From: Alphaproteobacteria bacterium
Lineage (GTDB): Bacteria > Pseudomonadota > Alphaproteobacteria > SHVZ01
Assembly: GCA_964201945.1 (NCBI GenBank)
Contig: CAXNIC010000001.1
Coordinates: 1 to 60,980 of the forward strand
Length of the DNA stretch: 60,980 nucleotides
Reading direction: 5' to 3'
Numbering within the stretch: the stretch's first letter is position 1; each line of letters starts with the position of its first letter. Below, one piece after another: positions 18,802 to 28,752 of this stretch. The notes beneath the pieces are model-generated. The model had not been told where the DNA came from and did no database searches. It saw nothing but the letters and a program-made list of their open reading frames with translations. The translations under genes were made by a program, and so were the position numbers.

Positions 18802-19743
18802 TCAGCCGCGCAGGAAGGCCAGCATGTCGCCGTTCAGGCGGGACTTGTGCGTGTCCGTGATGCCGTGCGGGGCGCCTTCGTAGACGATGAGCGTGGCGTG
18901 CGGCACGAGGCGCTTCGCGGCGCGGGCGGACGCGTCGATCGGGACGACCTGGTCGTCGCTGCCGTGGACGATCAGCGTCGGCTTGTCGAAGCGGCGGAGA
19001 TCTTCGGTGAAGTCGGTCGCGGAGAAGGCGGCGATGCAGTCATAGGTGTTCTTGTGGCCGGCCATGACGCCCTGCATCCAGAAGCTGTCGATCATGCCTT
19101 GCGAGGGCACGGAGCCCGGACGGTTGAAGCCGAAGAACGGGCCGCTGGCGACGTCGCGGTAGAGCTTGGAGCGGTCGGCGATGCTGGCGGCGCGCAAGCC
19201 GTCGAACACATCGAGGGGGAGCCCGTCGGGATTGGCCTGGGTCCGCAGCATCAGCGGCGGCACCGCTGAGATGAGGCCGAGCCGTGCCACCCGCCCGGTG
19301 CCGTGACGCCCGACATAGCGGGCCACCTCGCCGCCGCCGGTGGAGAACCCGAACAGCGAGACGTTGCGCAGATCGAGATGCTGGACGAGCTGGGCGAGGT
19401 CGTCGGCATAGTGATCCATGTCGTTGCCGTCCCAGGGCTGGGACGAGCGGCCATGACCCCGGCGATCATGGGTGATGACCCGGAACCCGTTAGAGGCGAG
19501 ATGGAAGGCCTGGGCTTCCCAGCTGTCGGCATTGAGCGGCCAGCCATGGCTCAGCATGACGACCGCGCCGTCGCGCGGCCCCCAGTCCTTGTAGTAGATG
19601 GTGACATCGTCGCGCGTCTTGAACGTAGCCATTTGTACCTCCAGTTGGGATGCGGATGCGCAGCCGGTCAAACCGAGAAGGGTGACGGCTCCGGCGCTCA
19701 GGATCACGTCGCGGCGTGTTGCGGTGACAAGGCCGTTGGCCAT
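18802..19743 (-). CDS. Alpha/beta hydrolase, non-heme haloperoxidase/arylesterase-like; the long form carries a Tat-lipoprotein-like leader
   Basis: [10 protein letters not shown] and GFSTGGGE (GxSxG). Leader [28 protein letters not shown]. Alternative internal ATG 19632 sits behind GGAGG. The track ORF extension to 19947 is rejected. Confidence 0.8.
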   Translation of the reverse strand: MANGLVTATRRDVILSAGAVTLLGLTGCASASQLEVQMATFKTRDDVTIYYKDWGPRDGAVVMLSHGWPLNADSWEAQAFHLASNGFRVITHDRRGHGRSSQPWDGNDMDHYADDLAQLVQHLDLRNVSLFGFSTGGGEVARYVGRHGTGRVARLGLISAVPPLMLRTQANPDGLPLDVFDGLRAASIADRSKLYRDVASGPFFGFNRPGSVPSQGMIDSFWMQGVMAGHKNTYDCIAAFSATDFTEDLRRFDKPTLIVHGSDDQVVPIDASARAAKRLVPHATLIVYEGAPHGITDTHKSRLNGDMLAFLRG

Positions 19744-19772
19744 GTGCGGGGCGTCCTTGCAGGGGTTGATGG

Positions 19773-21158
19773 TCAGGCGACGACCGATGCGGCGTTCACA
19801 TCGGGAGCCCAGCCGCCGTGGAAGCCGAACGGCACCCTGACGGGCAGGCGGATCGTCGCGACCGGCGCCCCGGCGAAGTCCTGCGCGTCGAGGATGACGA
19901 CGTCGCTCAAGTTGCGTTCGGGATCGTAGACGTAGGACAGGAGCCAACCCTCGTCCTCGGCTGCGGCTCCCGGCTTCCTCACGAACACGGGCTCCGATGT
20001 CATCCGGCCCGGACCGTAGTCATGGACCTCGGTCGTCCCGCGCTGCAGATCGGTCTTCATCGCCGGGCCGAAGGCCACGTCGTCACCCCAATGCGCTGTG
20101 TAGATGTAGCGATAGGCCTGCCCGCCGTGACGCCCGTTGATCCGCGGGAACTCGTTGCCGCGATCGTCCAAGACCGCCTCGGTCAGCCGGCCGGACGGCC
20201 GATGGAGCGTCCACCGCACCAGTACCGGGGCGCCCTCGTTGGGTCCGTTCTGGTCGGTCAGGAACATGCGCCGGTGACGGGGCAGGTCGATGATGGTGAG
20301 GTCGCCGTCGTCGTAGGCGTTGGCGAAGTGAAAGGCGAAGCAGCGCGGCGCCTCGAACCACTGGATGCGCGACACATCGCCGTTGCGTGGGAGAAGCCCT
20401 ATGCGCGAGTCCCGGCGATCGTCCCAGAGCCACGGGAAGGTCGTGTGCGAATGCTCGGGCTGAAAGGTCACCGGGAAGTCGGGGACGATGATGAAGGATT
20501 GCGTGAACGCCATGTCGTGGATGAGCGGGATATGCGGCAGGTCGATCCGCGCCTTGGTCGTCGCGCGCCCGTTGCGGTCGACCGAGATGTAGCGGACCGG
20601 CTGGAACGGCTCGTAGGCCAGCACGTGCTGCTCGCCCGTGATCGGATCGAACTTCGGGTGACCGGAGAATCCGGCTTCGAGCGTGCCGTGGAAGTCGGTC
20701 CGCTGGACGCTCTCCAGCTCGTAGTCGAGCTCGACCGGCAGGCTCCCCGCCTCGACGACGGCGCACAGCTTCCCGCCGGCATTCATCAGGCTGGTGTTGA
20801 CGTTGCCGTCGCGTCTGCCTTCGCCAGGCCCCGGTATAGGCTTTCGATTCAATGCCTTTGCGGCATCCCGGTCGATGACGAAGCGGCTCCGGAACCATTC
20901 CGCCCGGCCGCCGTGGAGCCTGAGGCCATGAGCCATGCCGGCGCCCGCGAACCAGTGATAGCGCACCAAGGGCACCAGGCTTTCATCGAACGGGTTGGGG
21001 CCGATCCGAAGGACGCGCCCGGACAGTTCCTCGGGAACGGCGCCGATCACCTCCAGATCGAAGGCCGTGACCTCGCTCTTGAGTGGGGCGAAGTTTCCCG
21101 CGACATAGGGTGCGCCGGTGCTGTTCGCAGAAGGGATGCTTGCCGCTTCCGGATTCAT
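19773..21158 (-). CDS. Carotenoid-oxygenase (RPE65/CCD, lignostilbene-dioxygenase-like) family protein
   Basis: Four His-bearing segments: [30 protein letters not shown] 21158 behind GGGAGA. Confidence 0.85.
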   Translation of the reverse strand: MNPEAASIPSANSTGAPYVAGNFAPLKSEVTAFDLEVIGAVPEELSGRVLRIGPNPFDESLVPLVRYHWFAGAGMAHGLRLHGGRAEWFRSRFVIDRDAAKALNRKPIPGPGEGRRDGNVNTSLMNAGGKLCAVVEAGSLPVELDYELESVQRTDFHGTLEAGFSGHPKFDPITGEQHVLAYEPFQPVRYISVDRNGRATTKARIDLPHIPLIHDMAFTQSFIIVPDFPVTFQPEHSHTTFPWLWDDRRDSRIGLLPRNGDVSRIQWFEAPRCFAFHFANAYDDGDLTIIDLPRHRRMFLTDQNGPNEGAPVLVRWTLHRPSGRLTEAVLDDRGNEFPRINGRHGGQAYRYIYTAHWGDDVAFGPAMKTDLQRGTTEVHDYGPGRMTSEPVFVRKPGAAAEDEGWLLSYVYDPERNLSDVVILDAQDFAGAPVATIRLPVRVPFGFHGGWAPDVNAASVVA

Positions 21159-21225
21159 GAACGTCTCCCGTGCATCGTCGTGCAGTCGGAGGATCGCGCT
21201 CGCGGAGCGGTTCGGCGAGTTCAGC

Positions 21226-21255
21226 CTTGTGAATCCGTGTTAAATCTTGCGAATC
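21226..21255 (-). promoter_or_regulatory. Direct repeat CTTGTGAATC / CTTGCGAATC, 20-bp phase, upstream of the oxygenase gene
   Basis: 9/10 identical decamers at 21226-21235 and 21246-21255, read directly. They lie between the regulator stop (21278) and the oxygenase ATG (21158). Confidence 0.3.
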
Positions 21256-21277
21256 GACGCGGCCGACACGCCGCCGT

Positions 21278-24070
21278 TCAGATCGGCGCGCTTTCGCCCC
21301 TGCGAGCATCGATCTCCGCTATCAGCGCGCGCGCCGTCCGAAGATCGAGCGTTTCAAAGCCTTCGGTGAATCGCCCGTAGGTCTCGGCCAAAGCCTCCCG
21401 GGCGTCAGCCAGGCGCCCCTGCTTCAATCGCAACGACGCCTGGCTCGACACCGTGCGCAAACGCCAGGACAGGGCGCCCAGGTCGTCGGCCATGTCGAGG
21501 GAGGCCCGGAACGCGTGCTCCGCTGCCGGCACGTCGCCCATCTGCGCCAGGATCACGCCGCGAACGCGCAGGAACTCGGGCATGTAGACGTTGGGGCGGG
21601 CGCCGGGATCCGGCTTGATCTCGTCGATCAGGCGAAATGCCTGATCGGTGTCCTGGCGCGCGGCGAGCCCTTCGGCGAGGCAGCACGTCAGCCACGGGGT
21701 GAAGATGTCGTAGCGGCCCTCCTTGAGGAGGCGCAAAGACTCTCGAAGATTGCTCACGCCCGCGTCCACATCGCCGCGCCGCAGTTGCAGGGCGCCGCGG
21801 AGAGCCATCCCGAACCATTTATAGGGCCGAAGCGAATGCTCGCTCGCCAGCCTGACGAGGCGGTCGATATAGTCCTCCGCGATCCCCCAGTCGCCGCGCA
21901 AGTAGTAGACGGTGACACCCCAGATCAGACCGAGGCATGCCGTGACCGGCTCCTTGCGCTCGTCGATCCAGGTCTCGTCGAGCGCGGCGGCCTCCGCGGC
22001 CTGGTCCGGGAATCCCCGTTGCCACAGGGTCCGCGCGAGCAGCACTCTCGCGTCGCGGTAAAAGCCATAGAAGCTTCCCAAAGCATCCGGATCGGCCGGC
22101 GTATCGCGGACCGCAACCAAGGCCGCATGGGCCTGCACGAGGTCGCCGTTCAGATGATGCGACACGCCGAGCATCGCCTGGGCAGCTACCGTCGCCGCCC
22201 CGCCTAGCAAGGAGGCGATCGCCTCCGCGCGCCGCCCGATCGGCAACAGTTCTCCCAGCGCGCCCATCCGGCGGTGATACATGTGCAATCCGCCGAGCAG
22301 CCGGAACTGGTGCACGGTGTCGTTGAGCTGATCGGCGATCCCGAGCGCGTGTTCGAGGGCTTCACGCGCCGCGCCGGGACTGCCGTCCATGAACATCATG
22401 GCATGCCCGAGCGCCGAGCGAAGAACCATGTCATGGCGTGAACCGACAAGGTTCGGCGAGAGCGCCGCCAAGGCTCGCTCGGACCAGTTTCGACAGTCCT
22501 TCAGCATCCCCAGGCGCAGGAACAGATCGCAGGCGCAAGTGGCCAACGCCAATGCGATCTCGCCATCGCCGGCGTCGGAGAAGGCCCACTCGAGGGCGGT
22601 CCGGATGTTGGTGACATGCTCCGGCTGGACGGCCGCACGATCTCCGAAGCGGTGCATAAGGTCGAGGTAGTGCCGCGCGTGGCGGCGCTGCACCTCGTCC
22701 ACGGCTCCACTCTCGAGAAGTTTCGCCTTGGCATAGGCCCGCGTCGTATCCAGCAGCCGAAAGCGCTGCGGCTGCACGCTCGTATCGGTGGCGACCAGCG
22801 ACTTTAGAACGAGCTGCTCCAAGGCGATGACGGCTTCGTCGCCGCCCTCCGCGACGCCGCGCGCATCTTCCAAGGCGAAAGCGCCGGCGAACACCGACAG
22901 TTGCCGCAGCAGGCCACGCTCGTGCTCACCGATGAGAGCGTAGCTCCACTCGAGCATTGCATTGAGGGTCTGGTGACGTGGCGGTGCGGTACGCCGGCCT
23001 TGCCAGGCGAGCTTCATGTGGCTGTCCAGCAGCTCTGCCGTCTGGCTTAGCCCATAGGTGCAGACGCGACTGGCGGCGAGCTCGAGCGCGAGTGCGTTGC
23101 CGTCGACCCTGCGGCAGATGTCGGCGACGATGACCGCGTCGGCATCGTCGAGACCGGCGAGGTACCCGCTGGCGACGGCTCGTTCGCAGAAGAGCTGCGC
23201 GGCAGGAAAGGCCAGGAGTTCGGCGGCCGTCGGTGCCGTACCCTCCGGCGGCTGCGTCAGAGGCGCGAGAGGATAGACATGCTCGCCCCGCGCTCGCAGC
23301 GGCTCTCGGCTCGTTGCCAGAATGGCGACGCCGGGTGCCTCCTGGACAAGGCGTTCGGCCAAAGCGGCCGCGGCGTCGATCATGGCTTCGCAACTGTCGA
23401 GCACCACGAGCATTTCCCGGTGACGGACGAAACTCAGGACGTTCTCGGTTGAATCGCTGGCGCGGACGGCGAGTCCCAGAGCCGATGCGACTGCGTCCGA
23501 AGCGGTATGGACGCCGGAATTCAGGCCCAGATCAACGAAGCACACGCCATCGGCGACGGCGAGAGCCTGCACCGCCCCAACCGTCAGCCCGACGGTGGTC
23601 TTTCCGATGCCGCCCGCGCCGTGGACAGTGACGAAGCGATGGGCTGCAAGCAGCTCGGCGATCGCGTCGATGTCACGCTCCCGGCCGATGACGCGGGCCG
23701 GGCGCTGCAGCGACGCGCCGGACGAGATCCGCGCGGGCAATGGCGCGACGTCAGCCGGTGAGACGACGAAGGTGTAGCCACGCCCGGCAACATTGACGAT
23801 GTAGCGGGCCTGGTCGTTGCCATCGGCAAGCGCCTTGCGCAGCCCCGCGACATGGACGCGAAGGCTGCTCTCCTCGACCGTCACGTCAGGCCAGACGCGT
23901 GCCAGGAGCTCGTGCTTCGGCACGACCTCGCCGGCGCGTTCGACGAGCGCGATCAGGATGTCGAGCGCGCGGCTGCCGATCTGGACGGGCGTCTCGCCCT
24001 TCAGCAGCCGGCGTTCGGCCGGGAAGAGCCTGAATGGGCCGAACTCGGTGCCGCCTTTTCGCCCTCTCAC
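21278..24070 (-). CDS. Large wHTH (OmpR/PhoB-type DNA-binding) - P-loop NTPase - TPR regulator (STAND/AfsR-like architecture)
   Basis: FGPFRL..LDILIALVE..VWPDVTVEESSLRVHVAGLRKAL, Walker A GAGGIGKTT, LVVLDSCE, and ~550 aa of helical-repeat tail. GTG start. Confidence 0.8.
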   Translation of the reverse strand: MRGRKGGTEFGPFRLFPAERRLLKGETPVQIGSRALDILIALVERAGEVVPKHELLARVWPDVTVEESSLRVHVAGLRKALADGNDQARYIVNVAGRGYTFVVSPADVAPLPARISSGASLQRPARVIGRERDIDAIAELLAAHRFVTVHGAGGIGKTTVGLTVGAVQALAVADGVCFVDLGLNSGVHTASDAVASALGLAVRASDSTENVLSFVRHREMLVVLDSCEAMIDAAAALAERLVQEAPGVAILATSREPLRARGEHVYPLAPLTQPPEGTAPTAAELLAFPAAQLFCERAVASGYLAGLDDADAVIVADICRRVDGNALALELAASRVCTYGLSQTAELLDSHMKLAWQGRRTAPPRHQTLNAMLEWSYALIGEHERGLLRQLSVFAGAFALEDARGVAEGGDEAVIALEQLVLKSLVATDTSVQPQRFRLLDTTRAYAKAKLLESGAVDEVQRRHARHYLDLMHRFGDRAAVQPEHVTNIRTALEWAFSDAGDGEIALALATCACDLFLRLGMLKDCRNWSERALAALSPNLVGSRHDMVLRSALGHAMMFMDGSPGAAREALEHALGIADQLNDTVHQFRLLGGLHMYHRRMGALGELLPIGRRAEAIASLLGGAATVAAQAMLGVSHHLNGDLVQAHAALVAVRDTPADPDALGSFYGFYRDARVLLARTLWQRGFPDQAAEAAALDETWIDERKEPVTACLGLIWGVTVYYLRGDWGIAEDYIDRLVRLASEHSLRPYKWFGMALRGALQLRRGDVDAGVSNLRESLRLLKEGRYDIFTPWLTCCLAEGLAARQDTDQAFRLIDEIKPDPGARPNVYMPEFLRVRGVILAQMGDVPAAEHAFRASLDMADDLGALSWRLRTVSSQASLRLKQGRLADAREALAETYGRFTEGFETLDLRTARALIAEIDARRGESAPI

Positions 24071-24093
24071 TGTGCAGGCCCTCTCGTCGCCGT

Positions 24094-25143
24094 CTATGGC
24101 CGGGCGAACTCGGGAATCCGGAAGCGCTTGCGGTAGGCGCCCGGCGCCATCCCGGTGGTGCGCTTGAACAGGCGGCGGAAGAACGCTGCATCCTCGTAGC
24201 CGACGCGCCAGCTGATCTCGTCCACCGGCACATCGGTGCGTTCAAGCCGGCGCTTGGCGTCCTCGATGCGAAGGCGCTGCACATAGGCGATGGGTGCGAG
24301 GCCGGTCGCCGCAGTGAAGCGGCGCTTGAAGGTGCGCTCGGCGAGCTTCGAGCGCTTGATCATCTCCTCGACCGGGCTGGCGACCGAGAAATGGCGGCAG
24401 AGCCAAGCCTGCGCGCTCTGGATCTCGCCGTCTCCATGATCGCTCCTGCCTTCGAAGACGATATAGGGCGCGAGCCCGTCCTGATGCCATTGCAGCGCGA
24501 AGGACCGCGCGGTGTCCTGCGCGATCGTCGCCCCGGCATGATGCGCGATGAGATAGAGCACTAGATCATGCCAGGTATTCGAGGCTCCCGAGCTCACCAG
24601 GTCCTCGTGCCGGCCGGAGATCACCAGCACGCGATCGGGATGGACCGCGACCTTGGGGAAGAGGGTGGTGAAGTCGCGGGCGTAGCCGAAATGCACGGTG
24701 GCATCCTTGCCGTCGAACAGGCCGGTCTCGGCCAGGAGGAAGATGCCCGAGCAGGCCGAGCAGAGCCGGGCGCCGCCTTCGTGCATGCGCCTCACCCACT
24801 CCACCAGGCGCGGATAGCGGCCCTTCTCCCAGCCGGACGGGCTCAGCAGCACCGATGGCACGATCAAGATGTCGCAGGCGTCGATCTCGTCGACCGATCG
24901 CTGCACACCGATCGGAAGCCCGCTCGCGAGCTCCAGGGCGCCGGTCTTCTCGCCGACGATCTCGACGTTGAACGGCGGATGCGTCAGCCCGGCGAACCGC
25001 ATCAGAGACGGCCCGTTCATCACGTCGTAGATGCCGGCCAGCGTCGAGATGACGGAATCCGGCAGCGCCAGCAGCGCGACCTGCAGCGTCTTCGATCCGG
25101 TGTGGGTCGGCGGCTTGGCCATGCAGGAACGCTGAGGTGGCAC
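24094..25143 (-). CDS. GlxA-family regulator (DJ-1/PfpI-like domain + AraC HTH)
   Basis: LCSACSGIFLLAETGLFDGKDATVH plus the C-terminal AraC pair (..IAYVQRLRIEDAKRRL..VGYEDAAFFRRLFKR..). The start may be ATG 25122 instead of GTG 25143. Confidence 0.85.
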   Translation of the reverse strand: MPPQRSCMAKPPTHTGSKTLQVALLALPDSVISTLAGIYDVMNGPSLMRFAGLTHPPFNVEIVGEKTGALELASGLPIGVQRSVDEIDACDILIVPSVLLSPSGWEKGRYPRLVEWVRRMHEGGARLCSACSGIFLLAETGLFDGKDATVHFGYARDFTTLFPKVAVHPDRVLVISGRHEDLVSSGASNTWHDLVLYLIAHHAGATIAQDTARSFALQWHQDGLAPYIVFEGRSDHGDGEIQSAQAWLCRHFSVASPVEEMIKRSKLAERTFKRRFTAATGLAPIAYVQRLRIEDAKRRLERTDVPVDEISWRVGYEDAAFFRRLFKRTTGMAPGAYRKRFRIPEFARP

Positions 25144-25245
25144 GAATGAACCGATCGCGGGCGATTGCGGCTCTGTCGCACATCCTAGCCCGCGTCCATC
25201 TTCGCCGCCATCTCAAGCACGGCCGAGCGCCGGAAAGGACGAAAG

Positions 25246-26316
25246 ATGTTGGACAATTCCCCGATCGATCAGACGAAGCTGGATGCCTTCGTCGGACGCG
25301 CTCTCAGCGACATCGCCGCCGGCTACACCGGCGTGATGGTCAGCCTGGGCGCCAAGCTCGGCCTCTACAAGGCGCTGGCCGGCGCCGGCCCGCTGAGCGC
25401 CAAGGAAGTCGCCAAGCGCTCCGGATGCGCCGAGCGCTATGTGCGGGAGTGGCTGAACGCGCAGGCCGCCGGCGGCTACCTCCACTATCACGCCGCGAGC
25501 GACACCTATGAGCTGCTGGCCGAGCAGGCGATGGTGCTGGCCAACGAGGAAAGCCCGGTCTACCTGCCCCATGCCTGGAACGTACCGGCCTCCATGTGGT
25601 TCGATGAGGAGAAGGCGCTGAACGCCTTTCGCACCGGCAAGGGCATCGCCTGGGGCGAGCATGACGGTCGGCTCGCCTGCGGCGTCGCCGCCTTCTACCG
25701 GAACGGCTACCGCGCCAGCCTGGTGCAGCAGTGGCTCCCGGCCCTCACCGGTGTCGTCGCCACGCTCGAGACCGGCATCGACGTCGCCGATATCGGCTGC
25801 GGGCATGGGCACTCGACCGTGCTGATGGCCAGGGCCTTCCCGAAGTCGCGCTTCCACGGCTTCGACACGCACACCCACTCGATCGAGGAGTCGCGGCGGA
25901 ACGCCGAGGCCGGCGGGGTCGCATCCCGCACCGAGTTCTCGATCGCGCGCGCCACCGACTACCCCGACCGCGGCTACGGCCTGATCTGCTTCTTCGACAC
26001 GCTGCACGACATGGGCGATCCGGTCGCAGCCGCCCGGCATGCGGCGAAGACGCTGGCGGCCGATGGCACGGTGATGCTGGTCGAGCCCTTCGCCAAGGAC
26101 CGGATCGAGGACAACCTCAACATGGTCTCGCAGCTCTACTACTCGGCCTCGACGACGATCTGCGTCGCGCACTCGATCTCCGAGGGCGGCCACTTGGTGC
26201 TTGGCGCCCAGGCGGGCGAAGCGCGTCTCGCCGAGGTGTTCCGCAAGGCGGGTTTCAGCCACTTCCGCCGTGCCGCCGAGACGCCCTTCAACCTGATCTT
26301 CGAGGCGCGGCGCTAG
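25246..26316 (+). CDS. Class I SAM-dependent methyltransferase with an N-terminal helical/wHTH-like domain
   Basis: Motif I VADIGCGHGHST; post-I and motif II spacing typical of the class. Confidence 0.8.
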   Translation: MLDNSPIDQTKLDAFVGRALSDIAAGYTGVMVSLGAKLGLYKALAGAGPLSAKEVAKRSGCAERYVREWLNAQAAGGYLHYHAASDTYELLAEQAMVLANEESPVYLPHAWNVPASMWFDEEKALNAFRTGKGIAWGEHDGRLACGVAAFYRNGYRASLVQQWLPALTGVVATLETGIDVADIGCGHGHSTVLMARAFPKSRFHGFDTHTHSIEESRRNAEAGGVASRTEFSIARATDYPDRGYGLICFFDTLHDMGDPVAAARHAAKTLAADGTVMLVEPFAKDRIEDNLNMVSQLYYSASTTICVAHSISEGGHLVLGAQAGEARLAEVFRKAGFSHFRRAAETPFNLIFEARR

Positions 26317-26332
26317 GCTTGCTGCGTATCAA

Positions 26333-26366
26333 CGGTTCCGAAGTTGCCGGGGCAACTTCGGAACCG
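26333..26366. terminator. Bidirectional 16-bp perfect hairpin between convergent genes
   Basis: CGGTTCCGAAGTTGCC (26333-26348) pairs with GGCAACTTCGGAACCG (26351-26366). There is no clear U-tract. Confidence 0.5.
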
Positions 26367-26373
26367 GCTGCCG

Positions 26374-27450
26374 CTAGACCACAAGCTTCCGTCCCCGCAG
26401 GTATTGAGCCGGCACGTTGACCACCGCGTCCAGGGCGTCGGCGGCCCGCCAGGCCCAGAGCGGGTCGTGGAGCAGGGCCCGACCCAGCGCCACGGCGTCG
26501 GCCTTCTCCTCGCGGATGATCGCATCCGCCAGCTTGGGCTCGGTGACGAGGCCGACGGCGATGGTGGGAAGGCCGGTCGCGCGCTTGATCGCTTCCGACA
26601 TCGGCACCTGGTAACCCGGCTTCAGGTCGATCTTCTGCTTCGGCGACGAGCCGCCGCCGGAGACGTCGATGAGATCGACGCCACGCGCGTTCAGCTCGTG
26701 CGAGAAGGCGATCGCATCGTCCAGCGTCCAGCCCTCCTCGCCCATGTAGTCGGTCGAGGAGATGCGAACCGCCAGCGCCCGATCCTTCGGCCACACCGCA
26801 CGCACCGCCTCGACCACACGCAGCGGAAACCGCATGCGGTTCTCGCGGCTGCCGCCGTACTGGTCGGTGCGCCGGTTGGAGATCGGCGACAGGAACTCGT
26901 GCATGAGATAACCATGCGCGCCGTGCAGCTCGCAGACGTCGAAGCCAGCCCGCTCCGAGCGCTTCGCGGCGGTGACGAACTCATCCAGGATCGTCGTCAT
27001 TCCCGCCTCGTCCAGCGCCTTCGGGGTCTGCCAGCCCTCGTCGAAGGCGAGAGCGCTGGGGCCGACCGAGGTCCAGCCCTCCGGCGGTAGCACCGGGCGG
27101 ACGCCCCGCCACGGCGCTTCCATCGATGCCTTCCGCCCGGCATGGGCGAGCTGGATGCCGACGGCGGCGGTGCTGGTGTTCTTGATGAAGGTGACGATCT
27201 TCGCCAGCGCCCGCTCGTGCTCGTCGGTGTAGAGGCCGAGGCAGCCGGGGGTGATCCGGCCGACGGCGCTCACATGCGTCGCCTCGGTGAAGATCAGCCC
27301 CAGGCCCGCCGCAGCATAGCGGCCGAGATGGACGCTGTGCCAGTCGTTGGCGAGGCCGTCGACGGCGCTGTACTGGCACATGGGCGAGAGCACGATGCGG
27401 TTCGGCAACGTGACGGAACGGAGCCCGAGCGGCTCGAACAGTTTGGGCAT
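26374..27450 (-). CDS. NADH:flavin oxidoreductase, Old Yellow Enzyme family
   Basis: LSPMCQYS and HGAHGYLMHEFLSP. ATG 27450 (MPKLFEPL). Confidence 0.9.
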   Translation of the reverse strand: MPKLFEPLGLRSVTLPNRIVLSPMCQYSAVDGLANDWHSVHLGRYAAAGLGLIFTEATHVSAVGRITPGCLGLYTDEHERALAKIVTFIKNTSTAAVGIQLAHAGRKASMEAPWRGVRPVLPPEGWTSVGPSALAFDEGWQTPKALDEAGMTTILDEFVTAAKRSERAGFDVCELHGAHGYLMHEFLSPISNRRTDQYGGSRENRMRFPLRVVEAVRAVWPKDRALAVRISSTDYMGEEGWTLDDAIAFSHELNARGVDLIDVSGGGSSPKQKIDLKPGYQVPMSEAIKRATGLPTIAVGLVTEPKLADAIIREEKADAVALGRALLHDPLWAWRAADALDAVVNVPAQYLRGRKLVV

Positions 27451-27521
27451 GGTCCTCTGGGGGGAGATCGGTTCGGGGAGGCGGCCATCCTCGCCCAGTC
27501 GAGGCCCCATGTCGACCCGGA

Positions 27522-28430
27522 TCAGCCGCCGGCAGGTGCCGCCGGCCGGCGGTTGACCAGATAGAGGCCGGTGAAGATCAACGCGGCGCTGGCGACAACG
27601 CCGAGCCCGATGGTCTCGCCGAAGAACAGCCAGCCCCAGAACAGGCCGGAAAGCGCTACCGCATAGGAGGCCTGGCTGACGAAGACCGCGCCGACGCGCC
27701 TGAGCAGGTCGAAATAGAGGATGTACGAGGCGACCGAGACGAACATGACCACGACCAGCGCGATCTCACCCGGCGCCAGCGGTGGCCACAGCGGATGGAA
27801 CTGGCCCATGGCGAACGACGCCGGCAAGAGGAAGCTGAGCGCGCCGCCCAGCATGCCGGCCGCCATCACCGGAGGCTCGTTGCGGTCGCTCGGGCGCAGC
27901 TTGACGCCGATGATGTTGCCGACCGCGTAGAGCACCGGCGTCAGCAGCGCCTGCAGCAGCCAGGGCAGCAGCGCCGGGTCGGGCAAGGCCGCCCCCGGGC
28001 TGAGCAGGATAACGACACCGCTCAGCCCCACCAGGACGCCGAGCGCCCGGGCGGCGGCAAAGGTCTCCAGGCGCAGGGCAAGCGCGATCCCGTATGTGAC
28101 CACCGGCGACAGGTTCACCACCAGTGCCATCAGCCCGGCCGGGATGTGCTGCACGCAGAGCGCCAGGTTGGCGTTGGGCAGCGCGATGCTGAAGATCCCC
28201 ATCGCGAGATAGAAGCGGATGTGCTCGCCGCGGAACCCGAACTTGAGGCGGCGCCAGGCGACGAGCGCCAGCAGCAGCAGGCCGGCGCCGGTCGACTGCC
28301 AGAGCGAGTAGCTGAGCGGCGGCACCCCCGCGCTGCTCGCCAGCTTGGCGAGCGACATCATCAACCCCCAGAGCGAGCCGAGGACGACGATGCCGAGAAC
28401 CGCGTGGAGCGGGCTGGTGGGGGCGGACAT
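27522..28430 (-). CDS. DMT-superfamily (EamA-like) permease
   Basis: About 10 TM segments arranged as two similar halves. Confidence 0.8.
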   Translation of the reverse strand: MSAPTSPLHAVLGIVVLGSLWGLMMSLAKLASSAGVPPLSYSLWQSTGAGLLLLALVAWRRLKFGFRGEHIRFYLAMGIFSIALPNANLALCVQHIPAGLMALVVNLSPVVTYGIALALRLETFAAARALGVLVGLSGVVILLSPGAALPDPALLPWLLQALLTPVLYAVGNIIGVKLRPSDRNEPPVMAAGMLGGALSFLLPASFAMGQFHPLWPPLAPGEIALVVVMFVSVASYILYFDLLRRVGAVFVSQASYAVALSGLFWGWLFFGETIGLGVVASAALIFTGLYLVNRRPAAPAGG

Positions 28431-28554
28431 GGGTCTGGGGAGATCCGATCGGGAGGCCTGGTGCGGCTTCCACTATAACCGCACCCGAGGTTGCGCCGCC
28501 TCAACCGTTGTGTTGCGGTTGCCGCGCCTGGATGAAGCACGGGGAAGGATCGTC

Positions 28555-28752
28555 ATGACCACCGGAATTGGAGAGGACGAGGCCCGCATCCTCGCGGCCC
28601 AGGCCGGCGTGGCGCTGGACGACGAGGCCGCCGTCAATGCCGCCGCCGCGATGGCGCCGCCGCTCGCGGCCGCGGACCGTCACTCGCGCGGGCTCGCCTT
28701 CGAAGCCGAGCCGTCCCAGTTCCTCGCGGCCCAGCGACGGGCCAGGCGATGA
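28555..28752 (+). CDS. 65-aa GatC/AtzG-like small protein, translationally coupled to the amidase
   Basis: ATG 28555 behind GGGGAAGGA. The stop overlaps the amidase ATG (ATGA at 28749-28752). The product MTTGIGEDEARILAAQAGVALDDEAAV..FEAEPSQF has a GatC-like layout. Confidence 0.5.
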   Translation: MTTGIGEDEARILAAQAGVALDDEAAVNAAAAMAPPLAAADRHSRGLAFEAEPSQFLAAQRRARR

